From: Eukaryota sp. TZLM1-RC
Taxonomy: Eukaryota > Protista > Metamonada: BaSk clade
Length of the DNA stretch: 64,000 bases
NCBI GenBank assembly: GCA_040285825.1
Contig: JAUPSS010000010.1
Coordinates: 310,001 to 374,000 of the forward strand
Direction of reading: 5' to 3'
In this document: positions 1 to 11,100 of the stretch, piece after piece
Layout: each line of letters begins with the position of its first letter
Numbering within the stretch: position 1 is the first letter of the stretch
Translations under genes and position numbers: made by a program
The notes under the pieces: model-generated
Told to the model about the DNA's origin: nothing
Seen by the model: the letters and a program-made list of their open reading frames with translations, nothing else
The model's database searches: none

Positions 1-357
1 TCATTTTTGTTACAAACAGTGAAGAATCTGATGACTGGTTTTCACAAACACCCTGTTCCAATAACAATGAGTGGAGGTCTTGATTTAAAACAGCCGAGCT
101 GCATAAATTACTATAAAGATTTTTTGATACATTCCAGTCAATCGTTTCTGTAATGTTCGAAGAGTCTATTTTAAATTTACAATTTTTTTCAGGAATATTG
201 CCATTGAATAATTGAGGAAAGCATCGACTCCATTTTTCTACATCAATTTTTGAAATTTCATTATTTAATGCAAAAACAGTGAAGCTGTGTGCTGTCATTA
301 GAAAATCTTCCCAATCGACAAATCTTTCAGAAAACTCAAATATTGCATTTCTGCATC
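1..357 (-). mobile_element. Degenerate RLE non-LTR retrotransposon, downstream part, interrupted by LTR element A1
   Basis: Continuous across the CATC TSD with 7414 onward; homologous to 43100-43440 (FIGGCRNAIFEFS). Confidence 0.8.
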
Positions 358-438
358 TGTTGGCGCCCTAAGGCTTTTATAATATGAATAGAAAATAAAT
401 TATCTTTATCTCAACCACTTTTGCAACCTAAGGCAACA
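358..438 (+). repeat. 5' LTR, 81 bp (family A copy 1)
   Basis: Exact direct repeat of 7333-7413; contains TATAAT-like and AATAAA motifs. Confidence 0.97.
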
Positions 439-461
439 ATAATTATTGGCCGTATTAGGTT
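425..461 (+). promoter_or_regulatory. U5/leader stem-loop with palindromic 8-mer ATAATTAT at the PBS position
   Basis: AACCTAA-GGC-[AA]-CA|ATAATTAT|TG-GCC-[GTA]-TTAGGTT; pairing covaries in three other elements of the window. Confidence 0.8.
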
Positions 462-522
462 ATAGGTATACCGCTTACATAATTCACAGCTTTATATTCA
501 GAGGATATCTTCAGCAGATATC

Positions 523-3500
523 ATGTCAGTCTCTCCTCGCCAGGACACTGACTCTTTTAAGATTTTCATGCAACAGCACGACAGAGATGCATATAACACA
601 TTCACAACAATAGGAGTAGAAGCAAAGAGTGAGGATTCGGGCTCGAGACCACCCTCGGCCCCCCCCTCAAGAGAAACCAATGGAACCAGGCACGGAACCA
701 CCTCCCGCCTCTTCCAAATCAAAAACAATGGAACCAGGCACGGAACCACCTCCCGCCTCTTCCATGTCCAACAAACCAGATAAGGTTTCAGGAACGGGAC
801 CACCCCCCTCCTCACCTAAAGAAAATGTTGGGTTAAGCTCGGATACTTCGTCTGTCCTAAAGGACTACGAAGAACTCCAGTCCGTTTTAGAAGAAATGGA
901 CGACGATGAAAAAGAGCTTCGCCAACAGATAACGAAGGACGCGGAAGCTCACCTTGAACCAACAGATTACTGTTTGTTTGAGCAGCTCCCTCCCCTTTGG
1001 AAGCAAATATCAAAATCTGGTAGAAATGTGGGATTCCAGACTCTGGGCCATAAAGGGGACCCTAATAGAGTCTACGAATTCCCTCAAAATGAGAGAAGAG
1101 AACTCATTAACGCGTTGGACACTTTGAGTAGAGAGACCTATGGACGCGGGGCAGAACGCCGTCCTAGGATAACCGGTATGGATAGAGAGATCCATGTGAT
1201 TCTGGCAAAACCTATCAAAGATAGGCCTGATTGGGAAGCCATTCACTTAGATCAGTTCGGGAGAAGGATTAGGTTCTTACCCATCGAAAGAAGGAGCAGA
1301 ACCGATACCGACGACATCCTGGAAACCAAATTACCGGCATGGTTGGACTCGCACTTTGATACGATCATCCATAACTACTCAGAGGTAGAGGATGGGGCTC
1401 CTACTTGTTTCAGAGAATACATGGAACAAGCAGACAGCACAAATCCAAAATCAAGTAAGTTGGATCCCGTCAGTGACTTCTTTGACGCGGACGCCCTAAA
1501 TAATATACTTACGGAACGTTCAAGCGTATCCACATTTAGGAGCCGCCCAAATAACTTCATTCAGCAATTCGGGGAATCAACGACAAGGAAGAAGAAGTTC
1601 AGGTTCTTGGTCACGGGCGATCAATCAACAGAGCTCCACCAGAGACCTAAACTTCCTATAATTGCCCCAATTATATCTGAAAAAGAGCAACCGGTACAAG
1701 TCTGTTCCATTGACGTACTCCCTGATCACATCCCAACAGTAGATGTGACAGAACGAGCAAACAGACCTACCAGAGTGGTTCAGGGACCATCAAGTCCCTC
1801 CCAACCCATGCTCACTAGCGCATCAGAAGACGAAGTCGAGTTGAGAGGACCTAGTTTAGATGAAACACCTCCTCCTCAACCCCCTCGTAGAAGAGTTACT
1901 TCTGAGGAGCCTCTCCGTTTGGAAGACCTCCAAGCTTCTAGAAATATTTTGGATATGAGTATAGCAAGTAGTCTTCAGAGACATGTGGACTCTCAGCCTA
2001 GGTCAGCTGAATATAAAGCCCCTCACCTATCTGAGAAGGACCCTCTCAATAAGATGTCTCTCGTCTCCTTCCTCCTCAAATTCCAAACATGGGACAAATA
2101 CGGGCGCAAGATAGCCAATCGAAGCTTTCAAGCCCCTGGTCAATCTGATTGGTCTCGTGCTATGTTGATAGCAACCCAAATATTTGGCGAAGGAAAGACC
2201 CAGATTACCCCTGAGTTGTTATCATCACTCCCATCTCACATCAGAGAAGAAATAGACAGGGACATGAAACAGCCACTCTTAAGGATCGACCCAGAACTAA
2301 CGAAACGTTTGGGACCTCCTATCCATCATTATGACTTATTTAGAAGTATGATGATTAGTACTTGTCCATCCGGCTTATCAAGCATGGTCGACCCCCATCT
2401 CATCTCTAGATGGCAAGGCCAAGGACTTCTAAGACCGGACTTCTCAGACGCCGACCTAATGGTTTTTCTGCTACGCAGGACACAATTTACCTCATATCAT
2501 GAGGCTTGCTCTGCCCTAGCAAAACCATGTATAAACTGGAGAAACATCCACAACAAAGTGGATGCGGACAACGAATTTGGTAGGTTCGTCGAAGATTTTG
2601 GAGACGTCCTGAGGATGACCACTTACATGGTTGACCACTCCATATCTGCATCAATTAGGGGAAGCAGCGGTTTAATAACCCTCTCACCCGCCCTTATTGC
2701 AGAATACTTTCTCTTGGGCATAGATAATTTTGCCATTACCAAGGAGCTGGCAAGCCATTGGACAAGAGAAGATCTATGGGACCCTTCAACAGGTACAACT
2801 TTGTTAGACCTGATTTCGACCACCAGGAGACACTTTCTAGCTTGGTGCCAAACAACAGGAAATAGGCACACCATGGAACTTTTGAGAAAACAAGCTGAAA
2901 GAGAAGAAGACATCCCATTAGGCCTTTCGACCATGAGAACGTTCTCTAGAGGAGCAACCCCATCTGGTCCAGGTACTAAACGTCGCTCGGGAGGCGGATT
3001 CAAAGGAACTCCCCAAAACAAATATGTCCCAGAAAGACATGAACGAGAGGGATCTAAGTTCTGTACATCCTGTAACGTTACCGAAGGAAATAACCCTATC
3101 GGTCACACGGTTTTCGAATGCAAAGACCCTCGTTGTACCAGGAGCAAGGTACCAAAAGAATTGAGGTTTAAGATCGGCGAGGCTGATCAGCCTGCGAGAA
3201 GTGGCAGTGTAGTTAGAGGCCGAGGTGGCCGTGGTAGACGTGTTTCTAGGTTTAGAGGTAGGGGCCGAGGTGGCCATTTTAGAGGACATAAAGGTAGAGA
3301 TCAATATAGACCTATTTATTACATAAATACACAAGAGGATACATCATCAATATCATCCCCTTCTGAGAACGTGTCAGCTAGTTCGAGCATGACCTCTCAC
3401 AGACGGATTGACCGTTTCAGCAACAGGGTCAGAAATACAGGAAACTTTCCCAATCGGAAACAAATCAACGCAATCAATCATAATCAATCAATTGCCGATT

Positions 3501-6500
3501 TCGGAAACCCAGTTAACAACTCCCCAACAGCTCAACAATTCTTACTAAATCCTCTACAATTCCACAAACCCAGCTCTGATATCAATAGTATTTTTGGTAT
3601 AGATTCTACGGTTAGTGAGAACCACATCAGATCCCAGCGTTCTCCATTTCTAAGATTGGAGATTTTAATAAATAATATAAAAATGATTGCAACTATTGAT
3701 TCGGCAGCGTTTTGTTCGGTTATAACAGAAGATTTGGCTAACAAATGCAATATGTCAATTAATAGAGATGATACAATTGAGTTCTTACCAGCCAATAACG
3801 TATCAAGTAAATCGCTAGGGAGTGCAAATGGTATTCTGTCGTTCAACGTAGGAAGCATTGCGCACCAAGTACATTATAGACATACTCTTCCCATAATCCC
3901 GGGTTCGAACAAATTATTAATAGGGTTAGACATGTTAAAAACACTTGGGCTTCAGACGGATGATGGTCTTTTCATTAGATTAGACAAAGAACACCGCGCT
4001 TTGTTAAATGCAGAATCTGAATTCGACTCAAGAATCGCTCAACATTCGATTAGGACCTTAGATAACCAATCATCGAGTCCTTCCGATTTTGAGGAGCAGT
4101 TAACTAGATCTGGTTGTGAGATAAAATTAGATGATGATAATAATAAATTAAAATTAACGAGTCTACTAAGAATTTTCAGCGATGTTTTTAGTGAAACTCC
4201 AAACAGAAAAGGAATCGATTGTAAACCTCTAACAATCCCCTTTAGAGACGAGAATGCTATAGTACATAAACCTGCTAGACGATTAAATCCCAGCAAAATG
4301 GAAATAGCAAACAAAATATTCGATGAACTGATTGAAATGGGCTATGCAGTTGAATCTAATTATAAATTCAGCTCTCCTATTGTCTTAGTTATATATCCTG
4401 ACGGCAAGAAACCCAGGTTAACGGGAGACTTTAGCGGTAAAGATGGAGTCAATGCCCACACGATTTCAGTAGAGCCTAATCTACCTAGGATTAGTGATAT
4501 TTTAGAATTTTTAAGTAGAGCAGATTACATAGCCACGCTTGATTTACCAAAAGCTTTCTGGCAAATGAATGTAGCAGAGAAGGACATTGAGAAAACATCA
4601 ATCTCAATCCCTGGAAGGTCAATTATGTTTAAAAGAGCGTGCTTCGGATTAAAGAACATCCCAGCAGTATTTCAAAATATAATGATGGAAATATTCCAAA
4701 TTGATGGCGTTTTCATATATATTGATGATATTATAATAGTTGGAACGACTTTCGATGAATTCTATAAGAGATTACAAAAAGTCCTCCAATGCGCCAGAAA
4801 TAGACGTGTAAATATAGGATTACGTAAATGTAAATTCGTAACATCCAAACACCCTATTGATATTTTAGGAAGCACCTTCCAGGATAAAACCAGATTTATT
4901 AGTAAGAAAAAAATCGAAGCCTTGATGAGAATACCTAGACCAAAATCAGTGAAAGAAGTTCGCTCATTGGTAGGATCCATCAATTATATAAGAGATTGGC
5001 TTCCAGGTATTTCTGAATTAATTGCTCCAATTAATGAGTTAATTAAAGGAAAACCTAGAGTAATAAAATGGACCAACGAGCATGACGATTATCTTAAACA
5101 AATAAAAGATTTAATAATTAATCACATGCCCCTTGAATTACCAGCTCCGGGCAAGCGCGTACTAATAAGTACCGACGCATCAGATGTAGCAGTTGGAGGC
5201 GTTATTTGGCAAGAAATTGAACCATACTCCCCTGCAGGGACCCCGCTGAATAAAAGAAAAGTGGAACCTTTGTCGTTCTATAGTAGATTACTTACAGAAA
5301 CACAAAGAAAATGGTCCACTTTACAGAAAGAATTATATGCAATTCTTCTGATTTTAACTGAAAGTTGTTTAGAAAGCTACCTTTTGACTAGACATCTAAC
5401 AATTTTCACCGATCACAAAAATATTGCATTCCTGGCCACAGCCCCAGAGAAAAATAGAATTGTAAAGAGATGGCTGCCGATACTATCTGAATTCGACTTT
5501 GATATAGTCCACGAACCAGGTGAAGATAACCACTGGGCAGATATGCTATCGAGGAATATTGATTTAGATCAAAATGAGGAAACTCCTTCTATATGTAGTA
5601 TAAATATACCAGATACTTTACTTTCGAATTACGAGATACCTCCTATAGACGATGATTCTGATTCGGACTTCGAAGACATCCCATCAATTTCATCCCTAAG
5701 TAGACACCAGGACTTACCTATTTTTTCTTCTTGGTTCTCCAAAATAAGATCTGAACAACAAATAGCCAAAAATAATAATGACCCTCTATTTGAGAATGCA
5801 ATTCTAGATGAAAATACTCAAATTTGGAAAAACAATAAAAATAAAATTTTAATTCCAAAAAGCCTCAGAAAACAGGCACTATTATTAATTCATGGATTGG
5901 TTCAATCAGGCCACCCCAGCAAAAACGACAGTCTACATAAACTGTCCAAAAGCGACTTTTTCTGGCCTAATATGAGAAAGGACCTCATAAACCACATCAA
6001 AAGATGCCCAACTTGTCAAAAAACGGCACCAGTTAAAAGAACAAAAACACCTTCCACAGGTTCCCTTTGGGCAGATCGTCCTTTTGCCAGACTAAATGTT
6101 GACACAATTGGACCTCTGAATACTGATAGTGATGGTAATAAATACTTATTAGTATTTGTAGATTCTTTTACTGGATATTCAATTTTAGTCCCTCTGAAGG
6201 AACTCAATGCCTTAGAGACCGCAGACGCTTTGATTTGGAACGTTTGTGCAATTTTTGGCATACCTATGTTAATTCATAGTGATAATGGTCCCGAGTTCGC
6301 CAATGAGACTTTTAAGATAGTGTGTAATAGATTAGCTATTGAGATGAGTAACTCAATACCCCACTACTCTGAAAGTAATGGACTCGTAGAGCGAAAACTT
6401 AGAGACGTTCTACAATGCTTGAGGAAATTATTAATAGATTTTAATGATTATGGAAATTGGTCTACTTATGTACCCATATCCCAACTATTAATAAATTCCA

Positions 6501-7216
6501 CTAAAAGCAGAAAGACAGGTTTTACACCTTACGAACTAATGTTCGGATCTTCGATTAGTCCAAGATCGGACCCTGCAAACATATTAGGAAACTTATCAAA
6601 ATTTGATTCCAATATACCTTTATTAGACGATATTAAATTGAAAAATACTCGTCTGCAAGAAAAAAGGGAAGAAGCAGAGCGTCATCAATTATCAAATACT
6701 CCGATTTCAGTTGACAATACTAATTCGCGCTCTATAGTATTTAATATTGGTGACTATGTCCTACGTAAAACCAAACAGAATAATAAATTACATGGATCTT
6801 GGAACGGACCCTTTTTAGTAATAGACCGTCCTTCCAACTCTACTTTATTATTAAAGAATCTTATCACTGGCAGTGAATTAAAAGCTGCTAAGAAAGATTG
6901 CAAAATCTATAACGCAGATAATCCTCAGGATATCGAATTTCTAAAAGCAGTCGCAGCAGGCGATGCTGAGAAACATGTTATAGAGAAAATCCTCTCAGAA
7001 TATAATTCTGACTCAGGTAGTTTCTGTACTGTTCAATGGTTTGGCGGTGAGACAACAGAAGAGCCTCTCCATTCAGTTAAACATTCAGAAGCTTACAAGT
7101 TGTTCAGTAGGAATAACAAGAAAATTGGAAAACGTACCTCTAGTCAACGTAAGAGTACCTCCAATAGCTCTACGCCTTGCAAGAGGCCTAGACGTAGTAC
7201 TAGAATTAGGAAGTGA
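523..7216 (+). CDS. Gag-Pol polyprotein (Gag, Zn knuckle, aspartic protease, RT, RNase H, integrase, chromodomain-like tail); one frameshift at the C8 run 659-666
   Basis: ORF 629-7216 has IDSAA (PR), LDLPKAFWQ and YIDD (RT), TDASD and TDHKN (RH), HHCC plus D-D-(L/H)VER (IN), WNGPF and a chromo-like VIEKIL..VQWFG. ORF from ATG 523 resembles the N-terminus of copy 2 (MS..QD..MQQ), so 523 is the likely start. Confidence 0.93.
678..822 (+). repeat. ~48-bp tandem repeat in the gag 5' region (MEPGTEPPPASS units)
   Basis: AATGGAACCAGGCACGGAACCACCTCCCGCCTCTTCCA occurs twice, plus degenerate neighbouring units. Confidence 0.85.
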
Positions 7217-7332
7217 TGCTAATTCTCAGTTTAGATTAGGTTATTTTTAGTTATTTAGTTATTTAGTTATTTGTTTATAGTTTAGATTCATATCTATATA
7301 AGCCTATTAGCTCTGAAAAAGGGAAGAAGCAG

Positions 7333-7413
7333 TGTTGGCGCCCTAAGGCTTTTATAATATGAATAGAAAATAAATTATCTTTATCTCAACCACTTTTGCA
7401 ACCTAAGGCAACA
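7333..7413 (+). repeat. 3' LTR, 81 bp (family A copy 1)
   Basis: Preceded by PPT, followed by TSD CATC. Confidence 0.97.
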
Positions 7414-8490
7414 CATCCACCAATAAAAGCACATGAAGTAAGAATAGAAGCCTTTGTCCAACCTAAACCGCCATAATGTAGACTAAGATAAGCGGGGTCT
7501 GGAATTTGGAACATTTTAACATCCCAGTAAGTGTGACAAAACTTTTGCACGTAATTCGTTAAACTTCTGGGCGAAAGGCCTAGTGATAAGAGGATTTTTA
7601 GATCGAAATATATGATTAAAGTTGGAACTAAAACACAGTCTTTTAGTGGTAAATTTGATTTGTTTTTGTATATCCAAAGTCATCATTCGGTCATTAATTT
7701 CGAAAATTGAATTCAAGTTTACAAACAATTCTTTGGTAATTTCATTATTATGTCCTATAAACGAACCCAAATGACGAATGGCATCAATTGAATATAATTT
7801 GGCTTGAATTTAAATACCTATCAACCATTGTAGAAACTGGAGAATTCGAAAGTAAAAAACATTTAAGTAAATTAAGTCGGAAGCCAGTATTGTTAAAAAA
7901 TTCTTTGAAACATACAGTCGCTTTGTTCACAATCTTTGAATCACCTATAAAAACAAGATCATTAATATATGCAATCATTTTTATCGAAGGAAACATCTCT
8001 TGAATTTGTAATAAAATAGGATGAATGGCCAAACAAAACAAAACAGGTCCTAACGGATCTCCTTGCTTGACATCACTTGATGAACTTAAAATGGAATTAC
8101 CAAAATGTAAATAAGAATTTGTGCTATATGTTGATTGGAAATACGGCATTAATTCCGGCATATATTGTAATGAATACTGCAACGACTGATTAAATTGAAT
8201 GTATTGCTGATAACCAACGACATACAAATATTGGACTCATTTAGACGAAATAATACATCTGTAGCAAATATTGCTGTAGAAACTCCATCAGTGGAATTAA
8301 TTCCATACTGAAAAGACAATAAAATCGTTTTCGCTTTTTCATTGAATCTGTTCAAGCAGCAAGCAGAAAAAATATTATGTATGCTTTCAGAAACCGCAAC
8401 AGGACGAACATCCATTCTTGAATTCTTGACAAGGGCAGTCAAACGTGAACTTCTTAATTTTTCAGGATACTTAAGTTGACCAGTTAATAT
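7414..8490 (-). pseudogene. Degenerate RLE non-LTR (CRE-like) reverse transcriptase
   Basis: Frameshifted ORFs with VRPVAVSE, FQYG, KQGDPLGPVLFCLAIHP and AYIND (decayed YxDD). Confidence 0.88.
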
Positions 8491-8494
8491 TCTA

Positions 8495-9257
8495 TTGCAA
8501 TATTTGGTCAATACAACTGGTATTGGTGGAATTGGATTTACTAAATCTTCTATTTTGCATCAATCAGCATTTTTGGGTGGAGTCAAGAATTTTATTTATG
8601 AATTTTTTCGTAGATTTCCTGAAGATTCTCATCTGTTAGTTCCCAGGTGCAGTCCATATTTCAATGAGTTATCTTGTGAACTTGATAGATTGCCACCACA
8701 ATTTTTTTAACGATGTACTGTATTTTTATTGAACTAAAATTCTATCTAGTATTCAATATCCTCCAAACAAGCATCACTATTACTAAACCTACTCACAGCA
8801 TTTCGTTCATATTCTACACCAATAGCTAAAAGCAAAAATTTTATTTTTGATTTTCTTAATCGTTTCAATGAAAATATTCATTTGCTTAGTCCATAATAAT
8901 CAAAATATTTGTGTAACCTTGATGTTACTATTAATGAAATTGCACCAGAAAGTTGGTGTCACTGTTTTCCTGTCTCAGTTCAAGAGATTCCTCCACGAAA
9001 TTTAGTTAATATAAGGTATTGTGTGAAGAAGCTTCAACAAAAACTTACAGTAATTTTCGAAAGGTTGGATAATGAAGTACGTCTTGACATGACCAAGCAA
9101 AAATCCCGCTTTTGCAAATTTTTACTGGATGTTTGTGATAGTTCTGCCTCTTGTTTAATTAATCAAGTACCAAGAACTTATGGTTTGTTTCTAGATGACC
9201 CTTGCTTTTCATTATCTATGCGTTTTCGATCTTTTATTCGTGAATATAATTTAAGCC
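8495..9257. mobile_element. Patchwork of RLE non-LTR fragments in both orientations
   Basis: SAFLGGVKNFIYEF and KLQQKL..YGLFL motifs on +; 8720-8832 is a minus-strand 3' end matching about 19955-20065. Confidence 0.75.
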
Positions 9258-9852
9258 CCCTGTCGATATGCCCGAGTCCGTCTATCGCCCTCAGGTTAAT
9301 GACGGAGCTTTTGTTCTGCGTGAGAAGCCAGACAAACTTCACGGTCACTATGAAGGCCCGTACCTTGTCCTCGAAGTACTATCCCCCAGTTCTCTTTTGG
9401 TAATAAACCCTGTTTCAGGTTCCTTTCTAAGGTCTGCCTTACAACTAGTGAAGCCCTGCTTATTTTCCTTACCCTCTGAAATTTTAGACGCGTATGTAGC
9501 TGCCGATTTTGATGAGCTTATTTCCGACGCCATAGTTGATGTTTCCGATGATACAGCCACTGTAGTCTGGTCCGATGGAACCACTACCGCCCAACCTGTC
9601 TCCTCCATTCGGAACACTGCTGCTTACTCAAGGTACATTAAGCTTTGCGCTGACTCTCCCAAAACCCGCCGAAAAAGAAAGAGAAGGTAGTGTTAGCCGT
9701 AGCTAAACGTGACTTTTATTTTTAGGAAAGTGGATCACGTCATCATAGCTTTAAATCCTTATAGATGTATTTTATTTTTGATTTTCTTAACTCTCTCCAT
9801 AAACATCTGTGTTTTATTTTAGTTTAAGGAGTATAGTGCACGAAAGCCAACA
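9258..9852 (+). mobile_element. 5'-truncated Gypsy element (family C): integrase C-terminus/chromodomain-like tail, PPT and 162-bp 3' LTR (9691-9852)
   Basis: KLHGHYEGPY..VVWSDG..KRKRR*; purine tract directly before TGTTAG; LTR ends GCCAACA. Confidence 0.8.
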
Positions 9853-10932
9853 CTTGTAGTACTTCAAACTAAAATTTCATTAACTCAGATGTGAATAATC
9901 ATCTTCTTGCTGGCGCAAAATATAAAATTGCTAAAGATGCGAAACCCATTTCCTCAGTTAATGAAAATCCTCATGTCCAATATAATTTATGTCCTTCTGC
10001 TTTTTTTTGCTTGGATCTCTAGGTAAGGCTGCTATGGCTTTCCTGAAAGATTTGGTTGTAGTTGTAAAGGAAAGAACTGGAAAAATACCGTGTTTACAGG
10101 CAAAACAGGACTGTTTGTTCTCTTTTCAAGGGAATGGTAAAACTAATTTCTGATTCACTCTGTTCTTTTGGGAAATTTTCTGAATCTTCAGCAATTAATT
10201 GTTTAGAAGTAGGAGAGGCAGTTTTTGAGGATGTGGACTTTTAGTTGTGTATTTCATGTTTTCATATTTTTTATCAAATAAATAAAATAAATTTCCTAAA
10301 ATTATGGTTAAAACAAATAATTTTACGATTTCTAAATTCAACTTTTGATTCTTCGATCTCAACGCCATAAACGCATTTATTTGCAACGATAAACCGTTTG
10401 CCAATTTCCGTCATATTGGGAGTTGTAAGAAATTTCTCCAATATAGGTCAGTTCTTGATAATGCCGTTCGTGATGTGACCTCTGAAATGTTTAAGTGCTA
10501 CAGTTTCAGTTGCAAAGTAGAAACCTTGTTGAATCATTATAGCGATAATAATTTGTTTGATTCTCGTCGAGGTGATTTAATTGTTCCCTTTGTGGATTCC
10601 TTTCAAGTTGTTGTTGATTTTACTACTGTTGATCCATTTGTTTCAATTTACCATGATGATGTCTTAGTTAGTTCAAATGGCCACTTGAACAAGGCTGAGG
10701 TTCGTAAACGAAACAAAGATGCTGAGTTATTGAATGATTTAAATAGGAACCTTTACTCGAAGTTTTCTTTTGTTCCTTTTGCCTTTTCGATTTATGGTAA
10801 AATTGGTCAGTCTGGTTTGAATTTTTTCAATGATTTTGATATTCTTTGTCGTTCAAATGGTAAGAATGTTGCTGGGTATTGATGTGAGAGTCGTGTCATT
10901 TTGATTTGTATAGAAGTGTTCCCAAGTATTGA
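9853..10932 (+). mobile_element. RLE non-LTR 3' fragments (restriction-like endonuclease)
   Basis: RRGDLIVP..VVVDFT..AEVRK..FVPFAFSIYG is a PD-(D/E)xK-type motif; a FEDVDF* terminus lies near 10225-10245. Confidence 0.75.
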
Positions 10933-10946
10933 AATTCATCCATTAA

Positions 10947-11100
10947 TGATGGTCTTGGCTGTTGGTTATTGTCTGACATACAATGTGGAGTAACAGAAGT
11001 GTAATTTATTACGAAGAGGAATTGTATTCTCTCTTCTTAAGCTAACAGGCGGAATACTAATAACTAAACTATTAACTATAAATACTATTCAAGACTAACA
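10947..11100 (-). repeat. 3' LTR, 154 bp (family B)
   Basis: Exact repeat of 18201-18354; TG...CA ends. Confidence 0.96.

Larger units (their letters stand above)
358..7413 (+). mobile_element. Full-length Ty3/Gypsy chromovirus-like LTR retrotransposon, family A copy 1
   Basis: Identical 81-bp LTRs (358-438, 7333-7413; TGTTG...CAACA). 4-bp TSD CATC at 354-357 and 7414-7417; the uninterrupted target sequence ctgCATCcaccaat is seen in a related copy near 43225-43238. PPT AAAAAGGGAAGAAGCAG at 7316-7332. Domain order gag-PR-RT-RH-IN. Confidence 0.97.

Noticed and set aside
395-405. ATAAATTAT in the A1 LTR as a Tf1-type self-primer
   Set aside because: Imperfect match and not conserved in A2 (ATAAATCAG) or in family B
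447-465. TGG 8 nt after the LTR as a canonical tRNA PBS
   Set aside because: The spacer is too long, the sequence after TGGCC differs between A1 and A2, the Gag-only element has TCG, and the bases are explained by stem pairing
659-666. Frameshifts at the C8 run, 13720 and 33950 as programmed recoding
   Set aside because: Each is one extra base in a homopolymer; the two in family A are absent from the sister copy and the one at 13720 splits a conserved RT motif. Likely sequencing error or mutation.
2623-6261. Antisense ORFs conserved between Gypsy copies
   Set aside because: Shadows of the conserved pol frame with no independent motifs
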